Below the pieces are notes generated by a model. It saw only the letters and a list, made by a program, of their open reading frames with translations. It was not told where the DNA came from and did not search any database. The position numbers and the translations under genes were made by a program. A DNA stretch of 64,000 nucleotides from Carcharhinus longimanus (taxonomy: Eukaryota): positions 45,237,972 to 45,301,971 of the forward strand of contig JASCQW010000099.1 of assembly GCA_030264375.1 (NCBI GenBank), given 5' to 3'. Numbering within the stretch: the stretch's first letter is position 1; each line of letters begins with the position of its first letter. This document shows, piece by piece, positions 11,191 to 23,460 of this stretch.

Positions 11191-12824
11191 CCTGAAACCA
11201 ATGTTCCAAGTTTAAATAGAACAAAGTAAAATTGCTACCTGAATTATTATTTTAGCATGCCAATTATTGCTTCACTTCTAATCCTTCAGAAAAACGAGCA
11301 GCTTTTCTTTTCTGGCTCTTTCTGCAAGTGTTCAGTCAGAAAGTGATGATGGGTAACTTCAACGGAATATTCCATTTCAATAATTACAGTAAAATATTTA
11401 CTTCTACAAGTCTTTTGAACCCTGACAAAATTTTGCTGCCTTATTCTTCCACCACCTCCTCCCCCATTATCATTTAGAACATATACAGGATAATAATTAT
11501 TTCTATGAATTCAATTTTTCCTACTCCCTGGTTGCAGCCTTCTGCTTCAAATCCATCTGTTGTTGTGGGAAGCTTGCTGGAGGGGAGGACTTTTTGGGGA
11601 AATTGTGGTGGCTGCCTACTCTGGCTAAAGCTCCTAGTTTGGTTTCAAAATACTTCATTCCATTGCCAGCAAAATGCCAATACCATGGTCAAATCCCTTT
11701 ATTGTGGCCTCTACCCATGCAAATTGAATGCCTGCCTCCTTGACTAAAATTCCTAAATGATGGGACATTGTCAGGGAGCGTATTTGACACAACACCATGG
11801 TGTCTGGGGGCACAGGAGGAGGAAGTCACAAGTGGATGTAACATTTTGGGGAGTGGGAGAGGGGTGCTCCCAATGAACTGTCTTATTCTTTTCCTCATTT
11901 ATTATCATTTAGAACATATACAGGGTAATAATTATTTTAATTATATATTTTTTTTCCTACATTCTGGTGGCAGCTTTCAAATCCTTATGTTCTTCTCTTT
12001 CTTTCAGCCCGAGATTGTGAAAGAGTGGACTGGCCTTCTGTGTTCCATTTTCCCTTGCTGTGTTTATTACTGTGACAGAGGTGGAAACAAACCACTAACT
12101 GGTCATTAATTAAGAGCTTCAGTACGCCCAAGGGTGGGTGAGCTGGCTGATGCTTTATGCACCCACCATAATACAGGGTTAGCTCAGTGGTGTGTGGGAA
12201 GGTGTGGGATAGCCACTTGTTCTGTTTTATGTGCCTTCCTGCCTGCTGAGACATTGGTGGAGGGGGCCATACAATTCCCCCCATGGTAACCTTGTGCAAT
12301 AATGCTTCATTTCTTTAGTCATTTGTCAGTAATAGGGTACCAGATATTTTGGACAATAAAACTTAAATGTTCTACAGGCAATTCTTGTTCATTATATTGA
12401 AGTTCACAGTCTTCACATTTTAATACTTTTGGGTGATTAGGCTTCAGTGATTCCTTTCTAGTTACCATAGTGCTATTTCAGCAATAGCTTTTTGTTTGTC
12501 TTATTTAAAATAAAGCAAACCAAAATTATAACAGTAAGGTGCAGGCAAATTATGTTTCTATTCCGGTATAATCGCTTTAGGCAATGCATAGTACTATTTG
12601 TTTTTTCACTTTTTTTATTGTTTAACAGCTATTATCAGAAGGTTTTGATTTGAAATAAACTTCATCAAATATAATCTTTAAAACTCTCAAATGTACGTTC
12701 AGAATGAATTTGGTTAAATGTCATATGCTGCTTTTATTCGTGAGAATTCTAATAAGGCATTGACAAATTTAATAAGTTGCACCAAAGGGTAGATTATTCC
12801 TGTTGTTACAAAAGTAACATACTA

Positions 12825-12940
12825 TGCACGGACGCTTGAAATCTGAAATAAAAACAGAAAACATTGGAAATACTCAGGCAGTATTTATGGAGAGAGAAAC
12901 GGAGTTAACAGTTCAGGCCTACGATCTTTCATCAGACCCT
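12825..12940 (-). mobile_element. Penelope-like terminal repeat fragment with degenerate hammerhead core
   Basis: rc: tCTGATGAaagatcgtaggcctGAACtgttaactccgtttctctctccata...; same family as 7402-7740 and 23350-23460. Confidence 0.65.
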
Positions 12941-15244
12941 CTAATGGTGTGATTGCCATATCGGCACTCGAGTATCAGGAGCCCATCCTCCACTTAATTG
13001 ATCGCACTCAAGATTCCATCACTAGCGATGAGATTGGTACTCTCAAACAAAAATTCAGCCCAATATAATTATATGAGGCTACTAGTATTTGCATGACTGT
13101 GTTTGTTTCAAAGCATTGCCTGAAACTTTGTTTGAAGTCTGATGTAGGGTCACTTTCTGACTTTCTACTCTCACCAAGAGCACATGCTAAAAATTCAGGT
13201 ATAGATTGCAATTTTCTGACCTTATTGCACGTATGAATTACCAAAGCATGTTTGGTAAGGTGAGGTTCACCTGACATTTATCCCTTATTACCAGGAATTT
13301 TGACTTAGCATATTGCGTATTATTTAAAAGTTGGAAAACATTCTTCAAACTTCTTATCTTAGGTTCTAAAAAGACTACTGCTAAACTATTCAAATTTAAG
13401 GATTATAACCATTCTAAAAAAACTGTGTATAATTAAGGCTTGGAGCCTCTACAAGGAAGATACTACGCCACCAAAATTTACTGTGGAAGCTTCATTTGAT
13501 GGGTGGAAACAGTTCATGTATTATCTCAGAGACCCACAAATGTCCAAATTTTCAAGTGGCCACAGAGGTAGAACCAAAAGCAGACAGGCCTTCAATTTTC
13601 AACCATTGGCCCGTGTGCCCCTTTCCTGCCATTGTCCCATCTCAGAGCTATTTTTGCCAGGCAGAATTTGTGTGGAGAGGGGTCAATAGGCGTGAACACA
13701 CAAGTAGGTCATTGGTCACTTAGTAGTCCAATTAAGGACACCCATCACACACTGATCTGAGGGGGGACGGTTGGATATAGCATTTAGCTAGGGAATAATC
13801 CCCCTCCCCCCAACACTCACCATAGCCATCATAGTACAGCTGCAACCTTGGCTGTGCAGTAGATGGAAGTTCCTCTACTTTTTTGATGTCAAAAATTTAT
13901 AAAATTTCTCCAGAAGGCATTTCATCTCTTCCCACCTTCATTCGTAGCACTCATTTCACACATCAGACATTGCATATGTGGAAGAATGAAGACTGAACTT
14001 TTGTTGATAACTGATAGCTGACATTCCATGTGCTTTCTGTATATTACTTCAACTGGGACCAGTAAAAGTGTTGACAATCTTCCATTGAGCTGTATAACCA
14101 CGGCTGCTTTGCCTTGCCTTTAGCATTGGTTTATTTGCAATCGTTATAATTAAAAGTGTCATGATAATGCGTCACATTTGAGGACTAACAAGTTATGCCA
14201 TGAACTGGTGAAATAATTCCAGTATGTTACGCCATCAAATTCAGCTGCCCCATGATGAGACCACCTGAACAGTGTCTGAAACCTTTCCACAGAGAGCAAG
14301 AGAAAATTTCAGATTGCGTTATGCCATATCCATTTTTGATAGTTAGTTTCAGAGCAACATAACTATAAAATGCCCATCTTGATTTTTCAACCATAATTGA
14401 TATATAATATAGGAGAATATACAATATAGGAAAAAAATGCTTCAAAAGAAAGGAAATCTCACCCTAAAAAGAGAAAAATCAAGAGATAACTTCACTTTCT
14501 GCATCTTGCTCCTAATTATTATAATCCCTCATGGATATTAAACCAGTGGTATTCATTTCTCTTCATTCCAGATTCTTTTGACATGTTGGAATTAAGTCGA
14601 GCTTGCAATGTTCTAGAGAAATTATATTCAGAGCAAAGGGATGAAAATGTTCCCTGCTGCAGTTAATCAGTGTCACACTTGCATCGCATAAAGCCATGGA
14701 AGGATACACAATTGGGCTAGTTAGTTTTTCCCATTTAAAGAATTTTGTTGCCAGAAGTTTATGACAAGATATCCTGCCTTTACAGAATTCAACTTGTTTT
14801 TAAACAGAATAGATCTCTAGAAAGGAACTGGGCTCAGAGGATTACATTGGGATCTACCTGGCATATTAATTGATAAGAAGAAAAGGTCATTCCCATCCAC
14901 TCTATAATTCTTACAGACTACAATATCAGATGTATTGAAGTGATTGTGGTTGGGCAATATTACTGTCTGCTAATACCTGAATCAAGCAGTTTTTCATAAA
15001 ATCTAACTTTCAGTAGAGCTAAAAAAAAGTACCATCTTCTCTTTTAGTTTCACAGTTCATGAGTCCAGTTAGATGTTACCATGGAAGTGTTCACTGATAT
15101 TGAAACATCCAGAGACAGCTTGCCTCTCTTGACAATCATCAACTTTTGGGGCAAGACCCAGGATAGCCTTGATGCTCTCTTTTTCAAAGACACTTGTCTG
15201 CTTTTCCTCCTCTTCCTGTCCATTTCCCCTTATTGTGCAGTGGT

Positions 15245-15620
15245 TGAAAAGATCAGAAGCAGACCATACAGCCTCTCAAGCCTTTTTTGCCATTCAACAT
15301 GATCACAATTGAACATCCAAACCAATTAGTCACTAAAGTATTTCCCCTATTTTCTGTCTGTTAACCAATCTTCAATCCAGGCAAATATGTCATCTCAATC
15401 TCATAAGCCCCAATCTTCTACAACAACCTTATCAAATGTCTTCGAGTAATCAAGATAGAAAACATCCACTGGTTCTCCATTATCTACTTTATCAATTATG
15501 CCTTCAAAAAGCTCTAATAGATTTATCAAATTTTATTTGCCTTCCATAATCCGTGTTGACCCTGCATAATCATATTGCAATTTTCCAGGTGCCTTATTCC
15601 CATGTCCTCAATAGATCCTA
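15245..15620 (-). mobile_element. Old CR1 RT fragment
   Basis: rc translates NLINLLELFEGIIDKVDNGEPVDVFYLDYSKTFDKV (cf. VDVxYLDFxKAFDKV). Confidence 0.85.
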
Positions 15621-15689
15621 GATTCTGATGTTAAAGTTGTCCCCGAGATCTTGGCATACAAGGACACAAGGCAGTAATTCATGTATTTA

Positions 15690-16050
15690 AGGTTGTAAAG
15701 AAGACATATGGAGTGTTCTCCTTCATTGGCAGAACTATGGAATTTCAAAGTGAGGATTTAATGTTGGAATTGTATAAAATACAGGTGAAGCCACAACTGG
15801 AATATTATGTGCAGTTCTGGTCACCACGTTACAGGAAGGACATAATTGCTCTGGAGAGAGTACAAAGGCAGTTTATAGGAATGTTACCAGGGCTAGAACA
15901 CTGTAGATTTGAGGAGAGATTGGATAGGTTGGGGTTATTTTCCTTGGAACAAAGAGGGATGAAGGGTGACTTGATAGAGGTGTACAACATTATGAGGGAA
16001 AGAAATAGAGCGGTCAGGATAACTTTGTTTCCCTTGGTGGAGAATTCTAG
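15690..16050 (+). mobile_element. CR1 ORF2 C-terminal fragment
   Basis: LELYKIQVKPQLEYYVQFWSPRYRKDIIALERVQRQFIGMLPGLE...EERLDRLGLFSLEQRGMKGDLIEVY. Confidence 0.95.
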
Positions 16051-16943
16051 ACTTGTAGCAAAATTGTAAAATGCCGTGTCAGGTTGGTCGTCTGACATGC
16101 CTCCACCTTTGAGTATTCTTGTTGAGTTGGGGGAATAGGTGGTTAAGGCTACCCATTAGTGGAAGGAGCAGGTAGCTAATTAAGGTTAGTAACAGGCCAA
16201 ATGGGGGAAAGGTGATGACAATGTCAGGATCTTCTCAATGGTGGACTGGTCTTCTACTGAGGCTGAAACCCGGCATTTATCCAGAAGTAGCTTTCCAAAG
16301 GCAGCCCAGTGGCCATCAACACCTTCTCTCATATTCCCAGCCCGACCTGCTGGAGTATGGTAGCTATAGCTGCACTTGCAAGTCATCCTGTGAATGGGTT
16401 TCCTCTGCATAATGATAACCTAACAGCTGTCACTGTGCATGTGTTTTTCTTTTCATTTTTCCAATACAGCAGAGATCATCTCCGTTTTAATGTACCCTTA
16501 GGGTCTCCTGTCAGCCTTGTCAGTGGCTATTCTCCTGGTGGGCTGTTAACTGGACATCACTGCTGTCCTCCTACTGGACTTCCTACTTCCCTAGTTTGCT
16601 TGCCATGTGTAATTAATATTTGGTAGTTTCTAGTAAGATTGTAATCAATGTTCTGCCACAACAAATCCAAACAGGCTGTCATCAGGATCAGGACCAACTA
16701 ATAAATTCAGCCCAAAAGATGTTTGGACGGAACAAAAGTGACATAAAGACATAGGGAGGGACTTTCTGACCACACTAGCTCCAAAACTGGAAAATTCTGC
16801 ATGAGGTCAACGGACCTTGCTTTGATCTGGCCCCCGCTGACTACGATTCTGGAGGTGGATTGGACAGGAAAATTCCCCCCCAAATCCGAGCTTGTAAATA
16901 TTTCAAGAATAAAAAGTGAGATTTCGGTCATACTGCTACTACT

Positions 16944-17593
16944 GGGACAATTCTCCCAAAAAGTTTCCAAGTGCTGAATTTGTGGGAAAATTGGTGTAAA
17001 CCACAATTTTTCAGTGGGAGTTCATGCTAGAATCCCCCACAATTTGTGTAATGCAGAGGTCACAATCATGAATCTTATTAAAAGCTCAGGGGGGAGTGTT
17101 GGGCAGCAGGGCCTATTCATGCCAGAGGCTGATAGTTGCAGTGCCAAGGTGCCCGCAGGCATGGGCATTTTGCACCTTGGGCAGTGCCAAGGACATAGGC
17201 TGGCACTGTGGGGGTCACCACCCCCTGCTGCTCGACCCCCTGAGGAGCCCTTCACCTCAGTGGGGTCAGGCCGCCAGTTCCCCGAAAGCGGGGAGCTAGA
17301 CTGAACTCCACCAGAGTGAAATTGTACTGATGGCACAGGAGATGCTAGTTGGCTTGGAGACTTTAGTCCCTGGCCTGCTAATAGCATTTAAATAAGATTA
17401 AAAATAGATTTAAATGACTTACCTGCTGTTCCAGGCAGTTTCCAGCGTGGTACCAACTACACTGGATATCCAGCGCTGGGAGATGCACGCGCATCAGGAA
17501 TACATGCACGAATCCCATGAATCAACCGAAACACGATTCTCCCAACCTGTCGTGCTAAAAAATTACTGCATTGGGATGTGAAAATTGCCCCCT
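16944..17593. mobile_element. Non-autonomous TIR element (Harbinger-type)
   Basis: gggacaattctccc ... gtgaaaattgcccc termini; left ~130 bp homologous to 51269-51390. Confidence 0.65.
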
Positions 17594-17679
17594 ATATTTC
17601 CATTGCTTCATGGTGGCAGGTAGAAAATTAATGCCTGTCATTATAATAAATATAACATAGTCCTTTTTAGACCATGGCC

Positions 17680-19000
17680 ATAATTCTTCCAGGGGATGGT
17701 TGCATCGGCGGTTGGGGTGGTTCGCCCTGTTTGCATTCCAGCGCTGGATTTCTGGCAGTGTCTGCTCCCCACTGGAAATCAGCAGGGTGGCACAAAGACC
17801 CTTAACAAGGTCCTTTTACTCTCATTTAAATGCCCGGTACTGAAGTGTCCAGGCCTGCAAGCATCTCCCCCCTCCCCTCCACCAAAAGTGGCTCACTCCA
17901 GCAGGGATGACTATAGTTTCTCACTTTTGGGGAGCTAGTTCCCCGAAGTGGGCCAATCGGGGCTTCCCAGCGGGTCGGGCACAGGGGGTGCCCCATGAAT
18001 ATTAACACCTTGGCACTGCCAGCATGTGCCCCCGGCACTGTCAAAGGGCAAAGTGCCAGTGCCCAGGGGGCACCTTAACATTGTCTAGCAGGCATGGAGT
18101 AGAGCCAAGGCACTGGGGCATATTGTGGGCCTAATGGGACAGGGCCTAATGGTTGAACGATGGGCATGGGGGTTCACACTGCCATTCAGCAGAGAGATCA
18201 GTGGGGGAAGGAGGGATGTCAGTGATTGGGGCTGGATGGGGGTGGGGGGGGAAACAGTCAGCCTTCTGGAGAGGTGGGCATTGTGGGGGGAGGGGGTCAT
18301 GAGTGCTGGGGGGTAATTGTTGGGGGGGTGAAATCGGTGTGGAAGGGGCTGAGGACTGGAGATTGGGACAGGCTGGGTGTTGGGGGGATGTTGGGGCTAG
18401 GCCTAGGAATGGTCAGGGAGTCGGCGATTGGGCTGAGGGGGGGCAGAGAACCGGCATTGCGAGGTCGTTGGGCTTGGCAGCAACATAGCTGGCCCGTAAT
18501 TGGGAGGCCATCAGTGTGGGGTCACTGCTGTTGGTAAGTGCGAGGTGGTCCATTTTGGTAGGAATAATGGTAGGACGGATTNNNNNNNNNNNNNNNNNNN
18601 NNNNNNNNNNNNNNNNNNNNNNNNNNNNNNNNNNNNNNNNNNNNNNNNNNNNNNNNNNNNNNNNNNNNNNNNNNNNNNNNNTGAATGGCGGGGCAGGCTC
18701 GAAGGGCTAGTTGGCCTACTCCTGCTCCTATTTCTTATGTTCTTATGTTCTTACATGTATTGATCTCAGCATTGACAGATCGGCTCATGTGCAGTGGCTC
18801 GCTCTGTGCACTGATTTTAGCCTTGCCAGTGGGAATAAGCTCCACCCGCTGAAAGTTAATAATATTCACGCTGGTGGCCTCTGTAGTGCACAGAGTGTGG
18901 GAGATTCTTTTCTGAACACCCACTGAAAAAAGCAGTGTGAATTACTCCAGCTTTCACACAAATTGATCACTTAGAATATTTTGGGGAGAATTCTGCCCCA
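17680..19000. mobile_element. Non-autonomous TIR element containing a nested young CR1
   Basis: Right end ttttggggagaattctgccc is the reverse complement of the 16944/51269 left ends; G-rich core. Confidence 0.6.
18529..18753 (+). mobile_element. Young CR1 fragment (gap inside)
   Basis: VGKCEVVHFGRNN before the gap; CR1 3' tail after it, near-identical to 2967-3039. Confidence 0.92.
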
Positions 19001-20879
19001 TATATTCATGTGGATGACAAAAAAAAAATTCAGGTCTTTGTTGTTTTCATTTTCCCCTCTGAAACTTTTCTCAATCACACTGCATTCCAAAATCTAACTG
19101 ATGTTTTAAATTCCAAAAAAAGACATGTTTTTTTTATTGGGATCCACATCATTCTGTGTTACAATAGTGTGGAGCAGAATTTGGTCATCATTGCACCTCT
19201 TTACCAGATGGAAATGAAGGTAAAATTATCAATTATGCAAGGTTTTATCTATACAGCTTTCAGTGCTGCAGTGACCTTGAATAATTTTCAGGCGTATCAG
19301 GCAGCTGCCTAAAACAGGTGTTAGGCCCCTTTTTACATGCTAATAAGGGTTTTAAAACATGTTTCGGAATCCTCGGCAAAATTGGATTGATATAAGCAGA
19401 GTTACTCATTCAGCTTTTGCTTGCATGGATGCTTCCAAAAATGAAATACATATTTTAAAAATGATTGTGGAGCCAAAAGGAGCAGGAGTGCTTCTCCCAA
19501 CTCCATGTTGCCCCTGGCAGCCACTGCTGGCTGTGGTTGGCCCTTCTCCCACTCTCCTCCCACCACTCCTGGGACATTGCTGACAAAGCTGCCCAAAACC
19601 CAACAACCCTGAAAGGTCAAAAATAGAATATTAAGGTGAGCTAGTCGTTATTACTCTCTGGTCAAAATGAAACAAATCTGTCCCCATTATTTTTGTTGCT
19701 ACTTATTTTAAACGTACACTAAATTCAAATTTTGCAGTAAAATTAAGACAATATAATTAAAGAAATGAATGATTGCCATTTAATAACACATTTTAGAAAT
19801 TTAATTTTCTAATAGAAGTGCATGTTTCAAAGAGCTTCACATCCAGTAAAATATTTTTGAAGTACAGTTACTTTTGTAACATAGAAAATTGTATTTTTAG
19901 GATCTAATATCTGATCTCTTATGGAGTGAAGATTATGACAGTTGTGCTGGGATTTGGTCTACTTCTTCCTGTAATCTTACTTAAATTTATTTCTGGAGTG
20001 TGGCAGCTTTGGGGACAATGATCACTCCAGCAATGCACCATTGCAGTGCGCTCCAAATGTTGTAGGTTGATATTCGCAGCACTGTCAAGCTTAAACAAAA
20101 TCACTTGTGGCACTTATGAGTTATGTCATCCAGTATCATGTATTTGTCACAATTCTCTTGCTCCTTGCCATTCATCTTCCATATGTTCAGCTTGTCAACT
20201 CAGTTCCAGATTCCCAATGACCAGTTTGCATGCTGATGTTTATGCTGTATAAAACAGAAAATGTCAATTTTGAAAAGTTTTTTTGTTTGGTATTTGTTCC
20301 TGCTACCCTGGTGATGTGCATTATTGCATAAACATTTTTCAATTTTTTATTGTAGGTAAATTAGTCACGTAAAGCGCAAATTTATGAGTAGTTCTCAACT
20401 TTAATGAACTTCCGTTCAAATGTGCTTTTCTTGGATCACAAATTTATTTTTTACCAGATGAATTACAACATTTTAAAAATTGCATGTTTTACACTATCTA
20501 AAAACAGTAATTANNNNNNNNNNNNNNNNNNNNNNNNNNNNNNACATTATACTTGCTGCTGTTTAGAAAAGATGCACAATACTATCAGCGTCAACAGGTG
20601 GGACATTTTAATTAGATTCTAGGAAATAATTTTATGCACAATTAGGCAAGACTTTTCTTCTGTGTTGTTAACATTATACATTAAGTAAATAAAACAAGTA
20701 GGAAAACTTGCTAAACTTTGTTATTTCCCATCTCCTGCATTATGTTGTTACTGGAATTGTACAGATGTTTGAAGTCATGTTGATATCAGATTTGCTGGGA
20801 CACTTATTCTCTCTGCATCATATTGTTTCACCATGATTTCAAAAAGTCTACAATTCTAAATCATGATAAATGGAGTGGA

Positions 20880-21544
20880 AGTGAGCTGGTAGCAAAAAGT
20901 AATCTTTGGGTGCGAAAATTTGATAAAGTCGGTTGTGAGGCGAGGCGCGCGATCTGTGCCTGCCACTGTGCCGGTTCCCCCTTTATGACAGCCCGAAAAT
21001 GGCCACGATTGGAACTGCACCCGAAACTGGTGCGACTGCCATTTAAATGCATTTGCATGCATTTAAATTGACTTAATGGACTGCATGCTCAACTTTACTG
21101 GCAATTCCACCTTTACCATGATGTTTGCCCACCTAGAATCCGTGTGAAATAGACATGCTCCACAAAGTCCAATTCAGGTTCTCCAATTAGTGAGGAGGTA
21201 GGTGCCTAGTGACCGCCAGCTCTCTGCTTGTGATCTTGGGGCGGAGTGGGGGTACTGTGACTCTGCCTGAGATCAGTGGAGGGAAAGGGGTATCCGCTGC
21301 CACTCTGCTTGAGATCAGGTAGGGGGAAGGAGGAGTCCTCTGCTGCTCTGTCTGAAATCAGTGGCGTGGAAAAGGTGTCTGCTGCCACTCTGCCTGAGAT
21401 TTGGTGGGGGAAGGGTGTCCGCTGCTACTCTGCCTGAGATCGATGGGGGAAGGGGGTTCGCTGCCACTCTGCCTGAGATTGGTGGGGAAAGGGGGTCTGC
21501 TGCCACTCTGCCTGAGATCGGTGGGGGAAGAGGGTCCGCTGTCA
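20880..21544. mobile_element. Non-autonomous element related to 27551-28206
   Basis: gggtgcgaaaatttgataaagtcgg...gaaaatggccacgat...aatgcatttgcatgcatt aligns with 27575-27730. Confidence 0.65.
21222..21544. repeat. ~39-43-bp GC-rich minisatellite (7-8 units), runs into a gap
   Basis: Unit ctctgcctgagatcggtggggaagggggtccgctgcca repeated head-to-tail. Confidence 0.9.
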
Positions 21545-22110
21545 NNNNNNNNNNNNNNNNNNNNNNNNNNNNNNNNNNNNNNNNNNNNNNNNNNNNNNNN
21601 NNNNNNNNNNNNNNNNNNNNNNNNNNNNNNNNNNNNNNNNNNNNNNNNNNNNNNNNNNNNNNNNNNNNNNNNNNNNNNNNNNNNNNNNNNNNNNNNNNNN
21701 NNNNNNNNNNNNNNNNNNNNNNNNNNNNNNNNNNNNNNNNNNNNNNNNNNNNNNNNNNNNNNNNNNNNNNNNNNNNNNNNNNNNNNNNNNNNNNNNNNNN
21801 NNNNNNNNNNNNNNNNNNNNNNNNNNNNNNNNNNNNNNNNNNNNNNNNNNNNNNNNNNNNNNNNNNNNNNNNNNNNNNNNNNNNNNNNNNNNNNNNNNNN
21901 NNNNNNNNNNNNNNNNNNNNNNNNNNNNNNNNNNNNNNNNNNNNNNNNNNNNNNNNNNNNNNNNNNNNNNNNNNNNNNNNNNNNNNNNNNNNNNNNNNNN
22001 NNNNNNNNNNNNNNNNNNNNNNNNNNNNNNNNNNNNNNNNNNNNNNNNNNNNNNNNNNNNNNNNNNNNNNNNNNNNNNNNNNNNNNNNNNNNNNNNNNNN
22101 NNNNNNNNNN

Positions 22111-22187
22111 GTCCTGCATCCTATCTATGTCCTGCTGCAACTTTTGCCATCCTTCCAGACCATCCACAACACCACCGACCTTCGTGT
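22111..22187 (-). mobile_element. CR1 RT fragment
   Basis: TKVGGVVDGLEGWQKLQQDIDRMQD (segment following the FADD motif). Confidence 0.88.
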
Positions 22188-22847
22188 TAATTTGATACGT
22201 CTCATTCAGTTTGCATTGTACATTTGTTGTGCCTTCCTGAGGCATTTGAAGGTTAATTGTTCTTGGCAGATCCCCAGGTCACTGGGAGGTATCTGATTTT
22301 TTTGTTTATTTTTATTTCAGTTGTGCATTTCAAAGATAATTAGAAATTATTTTCGAGACCTTTAAAATGATTGGCTTCTTCTGTATCTTAAAATTGTGTT
22401 CCTTGAGAAGGATAGATTGATGGGAGCTTTTACATAAAACATGAAAGTAAACTGATTATTTCAATAGAAAATGTTAGTTCGAAAAATATCCCATCCAACT
22501 GATCCCATTTCCTGAGGAAATGTGCTGCAAATTCTCTCCAACTAAGTTCAAACTAAGCAAACCTCCAGGGTATTTCTGTAACTTTACATTTTATGTTGTT
22601 ATTCCCTGTTATTTTCCTGAACACAAGATTCCTATGTGCTTATAAAATTTTATACTGAATGCTGCATTCAGACATATATAACAGTACTTTCTTTTACTTT
22701 AATCTTATTTCGAGCCAGATATTCTCCCAGTTCTTTGTTAAATGTATTAATCATCACTGCTTTAAGTGAAGATCTATTCTTTATATCCAATGAATTCTTT
22801 CTAATCTTTCATCATTTTTAACCTGTTCACACTACAAATTTTCAAAA

Positions 22848-23122
22848 ATCATAGAATGCCTACAGTGCAGAAGGAGGTCATTCGGCCCATCGACAGCAAT
22901 CCCACCCAGGCTGTATCCCTTTACCCAACTCATTTACCCTGTTAATCCCCTTGACACTAAGGGGCAATTTAGCATAGCCAAATCAACCTAACCTACACAT
23001 TGTTGGAGTGTGGGTGGAAACCAGAGCACCTGGAGGAAACCTATGCAGGTATGAGGCAAATGTGCAAACTCAACACAAGAGGATGGAATTGAACCTGGGT
23101 CCCATGTGCCACCATGTCACCT
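22848..23122 (-). mobile_element. HE1-like V-SINE, CR1-type tail (type A)
   Basis: rc has V-domain remnants and tail gggccgaatgacctccttctgcactgtaggcattctatgatt. Confidence 0.82.
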
Positions 23123-23177
23123 ATGATTCTACTTATTTAAATTATCCTTTCATATTAGCATTTAAAAATGTGTCACT

Positions 23178-23342
23178 GGGGAGATGGTAGCACAGTGGTA
23201 ATGTCACTGGATGTTTAATTCAGAGGCCTTGGGTGCAAATCCCACCACAGAAGCGGGTGTAATTTAACTTCAATTGATAAATCTGGAATTGAAATCCAGT
23301 CACAGTAATAGTAGCCATGAAACTATTGTTGATTGTCGTAAA
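23178..23342 (+). mobile_element. tRNA-derived SINE 5' part (family of 48657-49042)
   Basis: ggtagcacagtggtaatgtcactgga...ggtgcaaatcccacc...aatctggaattgaa...ccatgaaactattgttgattg. Confidence 0.75.
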
Positions 23343-23349
23343 AAAAAAT

Positions 23350-23460
23350 AAAAGAAAAACACTGCAGGTGCTGGAAATCTGAAATTAAAAACAGAAAATG
23401 CTGCAAAAAAAATTAGCAGGTCTGGTAGCATCTGTGGAGAGAGAAATAAAGTTAAAGTTA
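23350..23460 (-). mobile_element. Penelope-like terminal repeat fragment
   Basis: actgcaggtgctggaaatctgaaattaaaacagaaaatgctg...gcatctgtggagagagaaa; matches 12825-12910. Confidence 0.65.

Noticed and set aside
14250-14280. ATGATGA...CTGA C/D-box-like pair
   Set aside because: Only ~30 nt apart, too short for a snoRNA, and no terminal stem
21222-21544. Regularly spaced ~40-bp repeats resembling a CRISPR array
   Set aside because: Units are head-to-tail without unique spacers, the context is vertebrate, and there are no cas genes
21358-22296. Longest ORFs in the track (264-311 aa)
   Set aside because: Mostly N gap joining a minisatellite to a CR1 fragment
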